The notes under the pieces: generated by a model
Database searches by the model: none
The model's input: only the letters and a program-made list of their open reading frames with translations
Told to the model about the DNA's origin: nothing
Made by a program: the position numbers and the translations under genes
Origin: Takakia lepidozioides
Lineage: Eukaryota; Plantae; Bryophyta
Direction: 5' to 3'
DNA: 64,000 bases
Assembly (NCBI GenBank): GCA_030704615.1
Contig: CM060734.1
Location: 28,706,001-28,770,000 of the forward strand
In this document: piece by piece, positions 26,177 to 38,600 of the stretch
Numbering within the stretch: the stretch's first letter is position 1
How the letters are laid out: every line of letters starts with the position of its first letter

Positions 26177-27078
26177 TTTTGCCATCCTCTGGGTTGGAAT
26201 TCAGATAACAGAATCCTCTTTTTGGAGGTATGGAGCTGACAATTTTCTTTTCCTGCACTGTAGACGCAAGAGAAATAGTGACCATCCTTTCCATTTGTGG
26301 TATCAAATTGTATGGCTGTTAATGTTATGCTGCAATGCAAGGGTTAGTTTGGTTGGTGTTGCTTCATGGTCTCTTCTGAAGGTCTCCACCCAAAGTCCAG
26401 GTTGGAATGTACGGGGGAAGCCTTTGAGAAAGTCTGTACCTGTGGTGCAATTGTCAGTGGGTGAGCAGAGGAGCAAAGTGAAGGCTTCAACATTTGCAAA
26501 TTGGCAATGGGATGGTTTTCAACAAGAACCTGTGCGTTGATATGTCCCCTTCGTCCCCTTGGTGTTTTCGCTTGCAAGTTGTATCGTGTTTCTGTTGTCC
26601 TTACTGGGTGGCAATTTTGGTTTCAGAAGTTCAAACATGTTGTGATAGGCTGATGTTGTGATGCTGCCAGTGTTTGTAGGTGAAGGACCCCCAGGATTGA
26701 GTTCTGCACAGTGGAAGGCAAACTTGGTTTGAGGTTTTATAGTCTAGAAATGTTGTAACATATGTACCAATGAACTTTGATGTGAAAATTGCTATCTTTG
26801 TCTTCATGACATGTAGCATCATTTTAGCACTCTCACATGGGATTTGTATTTTGTTTTTCTTTGAAGGGACACTTTCTTTTTTAGCATCCTTTGGGAAACA
26901 GTGTGTGGGGATTGTCCTTTGGTCAATCCATCTAACTCTGTGGAAAGCCCTTTCAATAGGCAACTCATGTAACTATATGGCAGAAAGCCCTTTCCCAGTG
27001 ACCAAAGAGTCAAATTCCAATTCCAAAATCCTAGGCTATCAATAGAGACCCCTGCTCTCTGCCTTCAGCTGCCTCTCA

Positions 27079-30000
27079 ATGCGGATTGACCTACACTCCT
27101 GGAACATCAGAGGTCTGGGCTCTGACCCTGCCTCTCTTAAGAGAGTTAGGATTAAAAACTGGCTCTCTCCCGTTCTTCAGAAAGACGTAGTGGTATTCAT
27201 CCAGGAACACAAACTCGACCTTCCTAAAATTGCTCCTCTCACAGATCACTTATGGCCTTTATCTTCAGCTCTCTGGAAACCTACATCCTCTGGCTCAAGG
27301 GAGGGACCTCCATTCTTAGACAACACCGGCTCAATAGGATTTATAAAATATCTACGCTCCCAATTGTCCTCTGGAACGAAAGGACTTCTGGGCAGCTGCT
27401 AGACTCCAAGATGAAAGGGGAACCCAATATAGATAGCTGGCTTTTAGGCGGTGACTTTAACATGGTGGAATCGCAGGATGATAGAAGGGGAACTGGGAGT
27501 TTCAACCCTAACCTGGAAGAGATGGATCAATGGATGGCTGGAGTCCAAAACCATAATCTGGTAGAATCTTCCTCCGTCTTTCCAATTGCCTCCCATCTCT
27601 CTTTCACCTGGACCAACAACAGAGACCTTCAGAATTTACAAATGGCACGTATAGACAGAGTGTACGTCTCTTTGAACATGGTGCAATGGACCAAAAGAGA
27701 AATCCAAGAACCTATTCCTCTCAGATTTGACCACGCCCCTATTTTTGCTTCTATCACCATCCCATCAGTGCAGCGCAGGGGTAGAGGCATGTTCAAGCTA
27801 AACAACCTTCTCCTAAAATCTCCAGTATTTAAACAGTCTGTGGTGTCAGCATGGTCCCAGGCCGGTTCTGCCATTCAGAACCCCACTGACAGATTTCTGG
27901 CTAAGTTGAAAGCAGTTAATATAGTCAGCCAAAAGCTTAGTCAGGAAATGGCAGAGGCTCGCAAGTGTAAGGTTAATGCACTTACAAAATGCTGAGAATC
28001 TGCCCAACCCGTTTGGAATCCACAGGATGCGATGAGGCCACCTACATAACATACCTCGAAGCTAGGCAGAACCTAGATCTTTCAAGACCTGCAAGACCGC
28101 AAAATGAAGCTGCAGGCAGGGATCAACTGGTCAACAAAGGGGGGGGGTAATGACGAAGTATTTCTTCGATAAAACCGGACTCAGAAGGGCCTCGCAAAAC
28201 ATATCAGAACTAATAGACCAGTCCTCTGGCACTTCTGTATCATCCCCCAAAGCTCTGGCTGATATGGCAGCCTCTCATTTTAAATCCTTGTTCCGCTCAG
28301 ACCTCCCTGATCTCACCCTTACTACTCTGCAATCCTCCTGCCTCAGCCACACAGCTGCCTCAGTGCTGCAAGGTGAATTTACTGACATGGAATTGGAGAA
28401 TGCCCTAGACAAGCTCCAAAACAACAAATCTCCCGGAATTGATGGTCTCTCGGTAGAATTTTACAAAGCACTATGGGTTGACATCTCGCAAGACCACTGA
28501 TATGGCCAACCATCTCTTCACCCTTCAAGCTATGCCAGCCAGTATGTCCCATTGGGTCATCACCCTTATCCACAAAAAGGGGGACAGATCTAATGTCTCT
28601 AACTACAGACCCATAACCCTGCTCAATGTAGCGTATAAAATCATAGCTAAAGCGCTGGCCCTCCGCCTGCAACCCCATTATCCTCCTTAATCAGACCAAA
28701 CCAAACTGGCTTCATCAAAGGTAGATACATTTTGGACAATCTCCTATTGGCGCAAGAAATTCCATTCTTTGCCACCCAGACTAACCAAGCTATTGCTCTC
28801 CTCCTACTGAACTTTGAGAAAGCTTGTGATAGAGTCGAATGGCCCTTTCTTCTGGGAGCATTGTCCAAAATCGGCTTCCCTGAGTCCTTCTGTCATTGGG
28901 TTAAGGTTCTTCTCCTTTCATCTACTAATAGAGTCATCATAAATGGAGCCCTCTCCAAACCCTTCGCTCTCCAGAGGTCAGTTAGGCAAGGGTGTCCCTT
29001 AGCTCCTTTCCTTTTCCTTGTGGTCGCCGACACCCTTGGTTACATGCTTTAAAACAACCCAGCCATCAAAGGGCTCAGAGTGACCAACTTCTATACTCAG
29101 CATCCAACCCAAATAGTAGACTCTATGTTCTCATCATAAATAATGATGATATATATATATTTTTTCATAAAGCCAATATCTTTTTTTCGCGCACACTATG
29201 TAATGTGTGCAAAATGTTTACACAACGTTAAGATCTGTAATGGTTACATCCTTCGACGCAGAAAATAAAAAATTTGCTTAAAAAATGGTTAACTAATTAC
29301 CCTACTCACGGATGGAGAGGAATTCGAACCCCCCGTATTCTCGATACTTCGGTTTTCAAGACTGACTCTTTCAACCGCTCACACATCCATCCATCCTTAC
29401 CTCAATAAGATCATCAGCTCAGAGTAACCAATACTCGACCTAATATTTACTATGTAAATTAAGGTGAGCCGATTATCTTGTGCTTGAACCCCTGAACAGT
29501 CCATCTGAGAGAAGGGTTCCATCTAGCACTCAATAGATAATCGGCTCCATGGTGAAGCAGGCATGATGTGATTTCCACCAGCCATCCTCCGGTCCGAGAA
29601 AACGAGGAACCCACTTGCCTAGAAGGGCCGTTATCTGAGTTTCTGGATCCAGTACTCCCAACCCTCCCATCTTTTTGGGTAAACATATTTGTTTCCAGGC
29701 AACCTGAGGCTTTTTCCTCTGCCCCGAAGTTTCTGCACCCCAGATATAGTTCCTTAGAAGGCGAGTAACCTCTCTGATATGATTGGGATCAGGTCTCCAT
29801 GAAGAGGCGTAATACCAAATGCCTGCCGACAGGATCTGGTTAGCTGTGAGAGCCCTTCCAAAGATGGTCAGATGCTTTGATCCCCAATAGGTCAATTGAC
29901 GCTTCAGACTGGCCAGGATAGGGACGAATCTCTGCTGGTCGGAAAGACCAATTCCAAATGTGTAATTCTCCTGGCTGTAGCCATTTTAGACCGTGATGAG

Positions 30001-31650
30001 TTCCCCAGGAAGGGGAATGACCCATGGCTGTAGCAGAGAGGTCTCCCACTAGAAAAGCCGCGGTTTTGCTCCAATTTACTTTGAACCCCGAGGCTGAGCA
30101 AAAGGTGTTCAAGGTCTGAGCCGTCGAGTCCAGATTGGCGGTACTAGCTTGTAGCATCAGAAAGGTGTTCATTCAAAAAGCCAGGGTCTTCAGCCTTCGG
30201 CGTTTAGCCTGGTAGCCTCTGCCTTTGGCAGTGGACAGTAGCCTGAAAAGCTTGGGGAAAGCTTGACCCAGTAGGGCAGCGCATTAGTCGTCGCCCCCTT
30301 TTCGGCTTGGCTCAGGGCGAAGCCGCTGTGGACCACCATCTGGAAAGCCTGGGCCTGCAAACTCAGAAAATTCCTCAAAAAGTCTTGGGCACTTATGGGG
30401 CAATGGGGATTGGAAGACTTTGGACACAATCTCTGCGATGGTGGGAAAAGCAAGAGCCATCAAGGGGTACGAAGAAATCAAACGATCTATTCATGCTCCC
30501 TGGCTAGCTAAACTTCAGTTTGGACTGCAGTTGCAACAGCGCAATTTTTGGGCTCTATCTATCTTTCATGGTCGTCTATCTATCCTCTTTGTGCAACACA
30601 GACAGGCTTCACTCTATCTTCCCATTCTCCATGGACCCATCAACAATGTCGCTTCGGCTCCTCTCTGAACATGTTTTGAGCATACCTCTGACCCCTCTGA
30701 CCCCGGTCAGGGTCTGTGGATGGACCTTGGCCTCAAAAGAAATGAACCCCATTCCGCCACCTTTGACTTCTCTTCCTGCTTGGTTAAAGATGAATAGATT
30801 ATTCTGGGTCTTGGGTAGGCCCCTGGCTGAACTCCCCCTGGACCCAGACGAGTGGTCATGGAACTTTCCCAGGGGCCCTCACCCCTTCTTCACCTACACA
30901 ACTAAGAAAGGTTACAAATCCCTCCTAAATGCCCAACCATTGCAGTCAAAATGGGACTCCAGATGGTAGCACCATGGATTCTTTAATGAGAAGTGGTCAA
31001 TCATCTAGGGATCAGTCTGGATTAAGACTCGTCCAGCCAAGGTGGCGGCCTTCCTTTGGCAGATAGCAAACAGAGTGCTCAAGGTAGGTGAGTGGCTTCA
31101 ATTTCACCCATCCATTCTCTGTGTGTGTTGCCCATCAGGTATTTTAGAAACCATCGAACACGCACTTCTCTTCTGTCTGGCTCCAAGAACTATCTGGCCT
31201 TTCATTAAGGACTTTTATCGTCATTGGAGCCCTACGCAACTATCTGTTACAGACCTCCTACTCAACTATGATCCCCAAACCAAACAAAAATCTCTTACCT
31301 GCCCTGTGTTTGAAACCCTCAGGGGCTCAGTCCTATGGCATCTCTGGAAGGCCAGATGCTCCAAAACATTCTCACATTAACACCCAGATAACACCAGTTC
31401 CATTTCTGCTATCCTAGCTCTCATATTCTATGATCTCAATATTGAATCTCGCAAAGCTTGGGCCAAACTTTGTGCCGATATGCAACGAAACTCACAAGTA
31501 GCAGCTGCCATCTACGAGGTCTTCAGAAGCACCTGGGCCTGTCACAGGCTTATCTGTGTCACCATATCGGAGGACTCCTGTTCTTGGCCAGACCTTCCGC
31601 CCATACAATGGCGCAACAAGCGCTCATCAGTCCACAGTATCCCTAGAGTT
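27079..31650 (+). mobile_element. Decayed L1-clade LINE ORF2 (APE endonuclease - RT - C-terminal zinc finger) with an internal inversion (~29460-30175)
   Basis: SWNIRGL, GGDFN, RIDR, DHAP; KSPGIDG, YRPITLLN, RQGCPLAP; the distal RT and WKQICLPKKMGGLG segment lies on the minus strand; CVCC..ETIEHALLFC on plus. Confidence 0.9.
29309..29392 (-). tRNA. trnS: Mitochondrial-type tRNA-Ser(UGA), nuclear copy (NUMT), probably nonfunctional
   Basis: Reverse complement GGATGGATGTGTGAGCGGTTGAAAGAGTCAGTCTTGAAAACCGAAGTAT...GGTTCGAATTCCTCTCCATCCG matches plant mitochondrial trnS(UGA) as I recall it; long variable arm; mismatch in the anticodon stem. Confidence 0.85.
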
Positions 31651-34600
31651 TGACCGGGAGGTTAATTAGAAACATCTAAAGACCTCGGCGAAGGCTTTGA
31701 GGCTTAATTACCGTTGAATACTAATAAATCCAGGGTTAGTAGATCGTTGCTAATCCCTAGGGCTCCTTTTTGTCGGATGCAGCTTTTAATGGCTAAACAT
31801 TAGTCTTAGTCATCTTGGTCTGGTCCCCATAGAATTTTGTGTGTCATCATCGTCCCTGTCATTGGGGATGGGAACGGTTCATCCTCCTGCCAAGTTCTCC
31901 CTTCACTGAATACGGTGTGTGTGCCTTACGGCGTCTAAGGGGTTTTAATTTGTTTTCCCCGAATAATCCCAAGTAACTTGTAAGGGCTTCGTCCCACCAA
32001 AAATATTTTATAAATAAAGTTAACCAGGGCTGTAATCCCCCTGTTAACCAAAGAAAAATAAAATAAAAATGTGTGGCAAATTCTTGATGAGTTGTTTGTC
32101 AATAAGTGGCAATCCTTATTATTTGTGTCATATACCCAGTTTTGTTTATTCCATTTATTTTGTTTGTTATTCGTTTTACTGACTACCAGCAAGGTCATTA
32201 ACCCTTGAAGCGACTACCACCATTTTGGTGGGCCAGCCCAAAAATGCTATATAATGGCATGGATGATGCCATAACTTCCTACCCTGAAGCATCCACAGAA
32301 ACTAAGCAAAAATGTCCCTACTTATTACACCCATATGCCCCTGAATTCACACAAACTTTCACCGTTAAATTTTCAAACATGCATTATGATGTATAATAAT
32401 AAAAAAATGGACCGATGATTGATAAAAGTAAAACAACATAAAAATATCACCCATGAAAATTCAAGTTTAATGCATTGTAAAAAAATTTGAAAACAACATG
32501 GAGCCAATTTTTAATAATTCCAAGTGTCAAAGTGGGAACATTAATCCCCATTGAATTGAAATTCAGAACAATAACATGACCTATTATAAAGTGTTAAATA
32601 ATACTAGTATTGTCATATTAGTCACTTTGCTACAGTTGAATCTTTGAGATTTGACTGTGTGCAATATGTGACCACAGCTATTAGAGATCGTTCAAATGGC
32701 CGGTGTTCATGGGACATCATGCAAAGAAAGACAATTTAGAGCCCTTGATCTCTCAACAAAGCACGTTTGCTATTACTAGTGTTAACTTGTTATGGGTAGA
32801 GACTTGAGTGTTTTGTAGTGACATCATTAATATGTGTCTAGCCTCACTCAGATTACTAGCTAGTAACCTTTACCCCAAATATTATATTGGAACATTATAA
32901 GCAAATGAGTTCAAGTCATGTAAAAACTTTACGAGTTTTATTTTCAACAAAAAAAAAACCACTTTTGAGTCCATTTAGATGTGAGAAAGTTGTAGGAAGC
33001 ACTTTGTAGTAACACAATGATATATTCAAACCCCAATGTTGTAGGTTCATTCCACGTGGTGATTGATAGTTTATAACTTTGAAATGATGTAGGAAGAGAC
33101 AAAAAATCACAAAACGAATGAGCAAGAAAAAAGATTGGGAGATTATAATGATGAATACAAAGATACAATGCAACTAGATGCAACAGAAGCACCCTTGCAA
33201 AAAATGTGGCGAAGCTTAAATACCCATTGTCAAAAACCCGGGAACAATTTGTTGGTATTTTTCAGAGTAGGTAAAAAAATGACATGTCAACAAACCAAAT
33301 ACAAAAACATGACAAGATGGTTGAATCATTTTAGTCTATTCCTTTATACACCAAAAAATCTTTCAGATAGTCAAAAAATCAAGAGTTGGAAACTATTAAA
33401 TACTGTTTAACTCGTCCGAACATTATGCAATGATATCAAAAGTAATGGTAGTCATTGATATTCGTAGTCAGCAGTAGTAAGGAGAATGAGAAATTCTTCA
33501 TCAGCATCATAGTTTTGTCAAAAATGAAAATGAACAAGTATAACCATTGTAGAGATATTGTAAAATCTTGATCAATGTTCATCTCAGGGTGCGAGAACAT
33601 TGATCAGTTTGCAAATTTGACACTTAGACATGACGACATTCAAGAATTGTGTAGACAACCACAATTGTAACATCATGAATGCATGGTATCCATGCAATTG
33701 TAAGAGAAAACAATAAATTTGTTTGTTGATTGTTTTCTGTTGTCAACAAATAATCTTTGGAAGTAATACGTAACTGCTCTAAGCTTTAATGTATTTAAGT
33801 ATGTTAGAGATGGAAAGCCACTATGTTCTACTGCTATGTTGATGAAAAATTAAAACCTATGACGAATCGTCTTTTGACTAAATACATTTGCATCAAATGA
33901 GGTTCCAAACAATGAACGAGCATACATCCCACAACTGATAAATTTCCATAATTTTAGTGACGTCAGAGAGAGTTTCAAGCTGAAGAGAAGGTGCAGAGCA
34001 TGAGAGAAAATGAAGAGCACGAACGAACATACTTTGAGCTTGAACTAGCCATTCCGAATGTCGAATTTGGCAGTGTGACTACGCCTCTGGCTCAGATCGA
34101 GTCTCTGCCACAATACTTGCCTCCGCCTCCTCCTCAGCACTCAGCCCTTAGCTTCACATTTTCACAGCCTCACTGCCTCTCCTCTCAGCCTGTCACAGAG
34201 CCCACCACCTCTATCATCCAAAATGCCTAACTCCTTCAAGCCAGAAAATCTCTGCTTAAAGCCTAAACTTTTTCAGACCTCACCAACCCCTCTAAACCAC
34301 GCCTTTGACTCAATACCTGCCCCCCATTCCTCCTCACCCCTCAGCCCCCAAACCTTAGAGACAATCACGGCCTCACAGACCACACATCCCCATACCCCTC
34401 ATTCACAGCCTCGCTTCACTCTTTCACGCCTCACAAAGCCCTGTGAAAAATTGTGCAGGGCTTCGCCGTAGTGTGGGGAGTGAAATGAGGCCCTTAAAGA
34501 GAAATGAAGGCCTTTTATATCCTCTCCGCAAGCCCATGCGATGGCCATTCCATGGATGCACGTGGCCCCTTCGCCATGATGATCCCATCGCCTTGCATAT

Positions 34601-34689
34601 TTGTTCAGCCACGCGGCATCCATGTAGTGGAGACACCGCCGGCATCATATTTAATTTGATCCGTCCTAAGCCGTCCGTGCGTGTGTATG

Positions 34690-35110
34690 GTGGCGCATAG
34701 TAGCCACCTCACACGCGCCGCCTGCCATCGTGTGCAGCGTTATCCCCCCCTCCCCACCACCACCACCACCACCACATCTGCCTCGTGCGGCAACTTCATG
34801 CCTGCCCGTCTGCCATCGCGTCCGACTGCCCACCCACCCGATCCGATCTGCCACTGAGCCCTCCATGTGCATGGCGGCGCATAGTGGCCACCCCACACAC
34901 GCCGCCTGCCATCTTGTGCAGCGTTATCCCCCCCCCCCCATCCATCCCCCCGCCTGCCATACGTTTGCCATCGAGCCCATTGTTGCCTGCCATCTGGCTC
35001 GTGTGGGTTTATTCGCGCCCCCCATCTGCCTTGTGCGACTCCTTCATGCCCGCCCGTCTGCCACGCGCTTGCCATCGGGTCCGTCCGCCTGCTCGATCCG
35101 ATCTGCCACG
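34690..35110. repeat. GC-rich imperfect tandem duplication (~185-250 bp unit)
   Basis: GGCGCATAGT.GCCAC..CACACG..GCCGCCTGCCATC..GTGCAGCGTTATCCCCCC at ~34692 and ~34876; GCCCGTCTGCCA..CGATCCGATCTGCCA twice. Confidence 0.7.
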
Positions 35111-35621
35111 CGCGCGAGAATATGATGGCCGCGCATGGCGAGCTATCCGCCACATTGAACCCCATCAAATTTCCGGTGCCAGACGTTGGCGAGATGCCAG
35201 GGAACGGCTACGCATTTATGGAGTACAAGAGACCCCCCATGCCTATCATGTAGGGTTGTTCATCCAATGATTAGCTCGTCTGCATGTTAATCAGATATAT
35301 TCATCGGCTGTCGTTCCCATGTTTTTTTTTCGTTAAATTAATTAATTAATTATTTTTTTATAAATAAAAAAAAAACACACACACACACACATACACACAT
35401 ACACACCAAGAAATGAGGTCAATGAGCTATATAGTTTACTTGGGTTTGCTCCTTACTTATTTCAATTCTTACAACAACGTGGGGAGAGTCTGAGAAGCTG
35501 GGGAAGAGCCCATGGATGCGTATCGGAGAGACTAGAAACTAGAGTAGATGTCTGGATGCAGCAGCCTCTTTCTTAGCATCAAATTCGGTAGTAATTCGCA
35601 GCACATAGACTGCTTGCACCC

Positions 35622-38600
35622 TGTCATGGTTTTAGTCATGGTTAACTAGAATTACCTACTTCTAGTTAACTAGGACATTTTAGATATTTATATTTATATT
35701 TAGTGTGTTGGGACTTCATATGCCAAGTGAGGTATCAAGCCTCACTTGGGACATGGGGATGGGTTTTCCCCTTGTGAGGGTTGAGGAGGGCTCATCTTCT
35801 TGTAGTTGAGCCTCCATGAGCCTCTCCCACCTCCATAGCTCTAGGTATTGAGAGAGTGTGTGGTGAGGGCTTTGTAGGGTGGATTCCTTTAGCAAAGGTA
35901 CCCTTGGCTTGACTTAGTTTATGTGATTGAGTGGATTCATGAGTGGAGGGATTCCATTGTGCACTTTTCATTATCACTACAAGAAGATGACCTTATGCTT
36001 GTGAGTGCGGAGTGTAAGGATTAGTTTAACACTTGTGTTGGTGTACACCAAGGAGTGAGAGAGCTAGGAAAAGCTCAAGTATCTCACAAGGCTTGCAAGG
36101 TGTTGCAAGGGAGAGTGTGTTTGCATTGCATCAAGGAGGTGGAGAGCTCTTGAGTTACAAGACTTTGCAAGTATTGCAAGGAGAAAGTCTTGTGTGTGGG
36201 GAAGCAAAAGGTTTGAAAGTTTGAGAAGAAAGAGCGTCATCTCTTGTATCTCAAATGTTGTGACCATCATTTGTCAATGAAGTGGCTTCTATGGTGAAAA
36301 GAATGCATTGAGGGTTTGTAGAAGCATTATTGTGTACCAAGGGTTTAAGAGCTTGGAAAAGAGCTCTTGCATCACAAGAGAAGCGTCTTGTGTGTGGAGA
36401 AGATAGACACTAGGGTTTCAAGAGGAAGCTCTAGTTGTTCATGGTGTGAAAGAGAAGCCAAAGAGCGGCACCTGCTTGGGTTGGAAACACCATAGAAGGA
36501 GTACAACAAAGGTAACTTGAGGAGCATAGAGTAGCTCAAGAGAAGCTAAGAAGTGGTTGTTTATCCATGGTGAAATGAAGCCAAGTGGGGTTTCATTTGG
36601 TTGACAAACAAGCAAGTTAAGGCGCTAGAAGGGAGTGCTTTTGCTAGTTCTATGAGTTCTTGGATTGCTCTTGGTGAAACAAGTGGTTGACCAAGCAAGT
36701 GCCACATGTGTGGAGCATGCTTTCCAAGTGCGGCTTCCAACTTTAAGCTTGAGGAGAGCTAGAAGGTGAAGGGAACAAGTTCATTCCTTTGTGTATGAGG
36801 TGATGCTTATGTGGAGCATGTTTTCAGCCCATTGAGGCTTCTATTTTCAAACCTTGGAGAGCAAGAAGGAAGGAAAATGGCTGGTTTCCACTTAGGTGAA
36901 GGAAAAGCACTTGTAGAGCATATGTTTGAGTTGGGGTTTCAACCTTAAGCTTGAGGAGAGCACGACTCTTGAGGTAGCAAGTGAAGGGACTTGAATCTTC
37001 CTCTTTGCATGAGATGGAGATGTATTGATGCTTGGAGAAGCAACACATAGAAGCCAAGAGTAGAGCATGTGTGTGGATGGCCAAAGAAGAACACATGAAT
37101 GAGTGCAAGACTTGGTTGCTTGTCAAATGAGGTAAAAAGCTTGATTCTTGAGCTCCAAAGAGAAGTGAAGCTTGTTGTGTGGCAAATGCATTGCTAGGTG
37201 AGATGGAACCAAGCTTGGTTGTGGCTTGAGGTGAAGAAGATCAAGGTAGTTTGCCTCAGTATCTCATAGAAGTCATGGATGCTTGAGGAGAGCAAGCATG
37301 AAGCTCAAGAAAGCCCAAACCCTAGCTTGGAATGCACAAACCCTAGCATGAGATGCACGTGAAACCCCATGTTCATGGGAACGGTCACTATAGTATAGGA
37401 ACAATAATTATAGGTTAGGAACCGTCACTATAGGTTGGGAACAGTAACTATAGGTTGAGAACTGTCACTATAGATTGGGAACAGTAACTATAGTATAGGA
37501 ACAGTAACTATCCGATAGGAACGGTCAGTGTAGGCTGGGAACATAGTGACATATAAAGACAATATATGGCTTTTGGAGGATTTTCAAGGGCATTTGGAGG
37601 ATTGTTTGGGGGATCTTTGGGGTCCTTTGAGGAGCTTTTGGAAAACACTTTGAGGAGCTTTTGTAAGCCACTTTGAAGAGCTCTTGAAGAGGTATCTGGA
37701 TGACTGTTTGGAGGACTATTTGCGGTCCTTGAAGGCCAAGTTTTGGCAAGTTTTTGGAGCCTTTGGAGGGCTATGTGGAGGACCATTTGGGGTCTTTGAA
37801 GGCCAATATTTGGCAAGTTTTTGGAGCCTTTGGAAGGCTGTTTGGAGGGCTATTTGGGGTCCTTGGAGGCCGATATTTGGCGAGCTTGAGGAGTCTTTGG
37901 CGACTTGTTGAAGGACTATTTGGGATCCTTGAGGGCCAAGATTTGGCAGGCTCTTGGGGCCTTGGTGTACTGTTTGGAGTACCATTGTCCAAGCTTTGGG
38001 AGCCTTAGTGAGATTGTTTGAGTAACATCTTGAGGGCTCTTAGAGAGTTATTTGAGAGATCCTTGAAAGGTCTTGTCTATTGTTTAAGCAAGAGAGTGTG
38101 GAGATAGGGTAGTGGGATGAGAGCATGTTGTGATAGGAATTGCTTTAGTCTCTCTTCCTTGTAGTCTTCCACCCTCTCTGTAGGCCAAAACCTTTCCGTA
38201 AGTGGAGGCAAGAGTAAGTCCGGGTTTGGGCTGGGGTGTCGTGCAGGAGCGACACTGTGAAGTGTTTTTGGTGTGGGGGAGTTACTGTTTTGACTTGTGT
38301 TTGAATCCCCTCCACACCTGCATGCTTGACTGTGTGCCATGTCAGTTTTGTGTGGGCGCTTGTTTTCATAGGAGGTTGGTCCGGATTTGATCACCGGCCA
38401 ATCCTAGAGCGTGGTGTCGGTGGTGAGGCTAGGGTGATGACCAGTCAGACCATCATTGTTTTCTTATGGTGAGGTTGGGTTGATGACCAACAGACCATAG
38501 GAGTGTTTGCGGTGGATGCAGGTGCAGGTGCAGGTCTATGTTATGAACCTAGTAGAGCAAGCCATTAGCTGCAACAGGTTCTCTACCCGGTTACCTTGTG

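Noticed and set aside
32197-34000. TTAACCC as a piggyBac left end, and AT-rich ORFs in this stretch
   Set aside because: No matching right end or transposase motifs found
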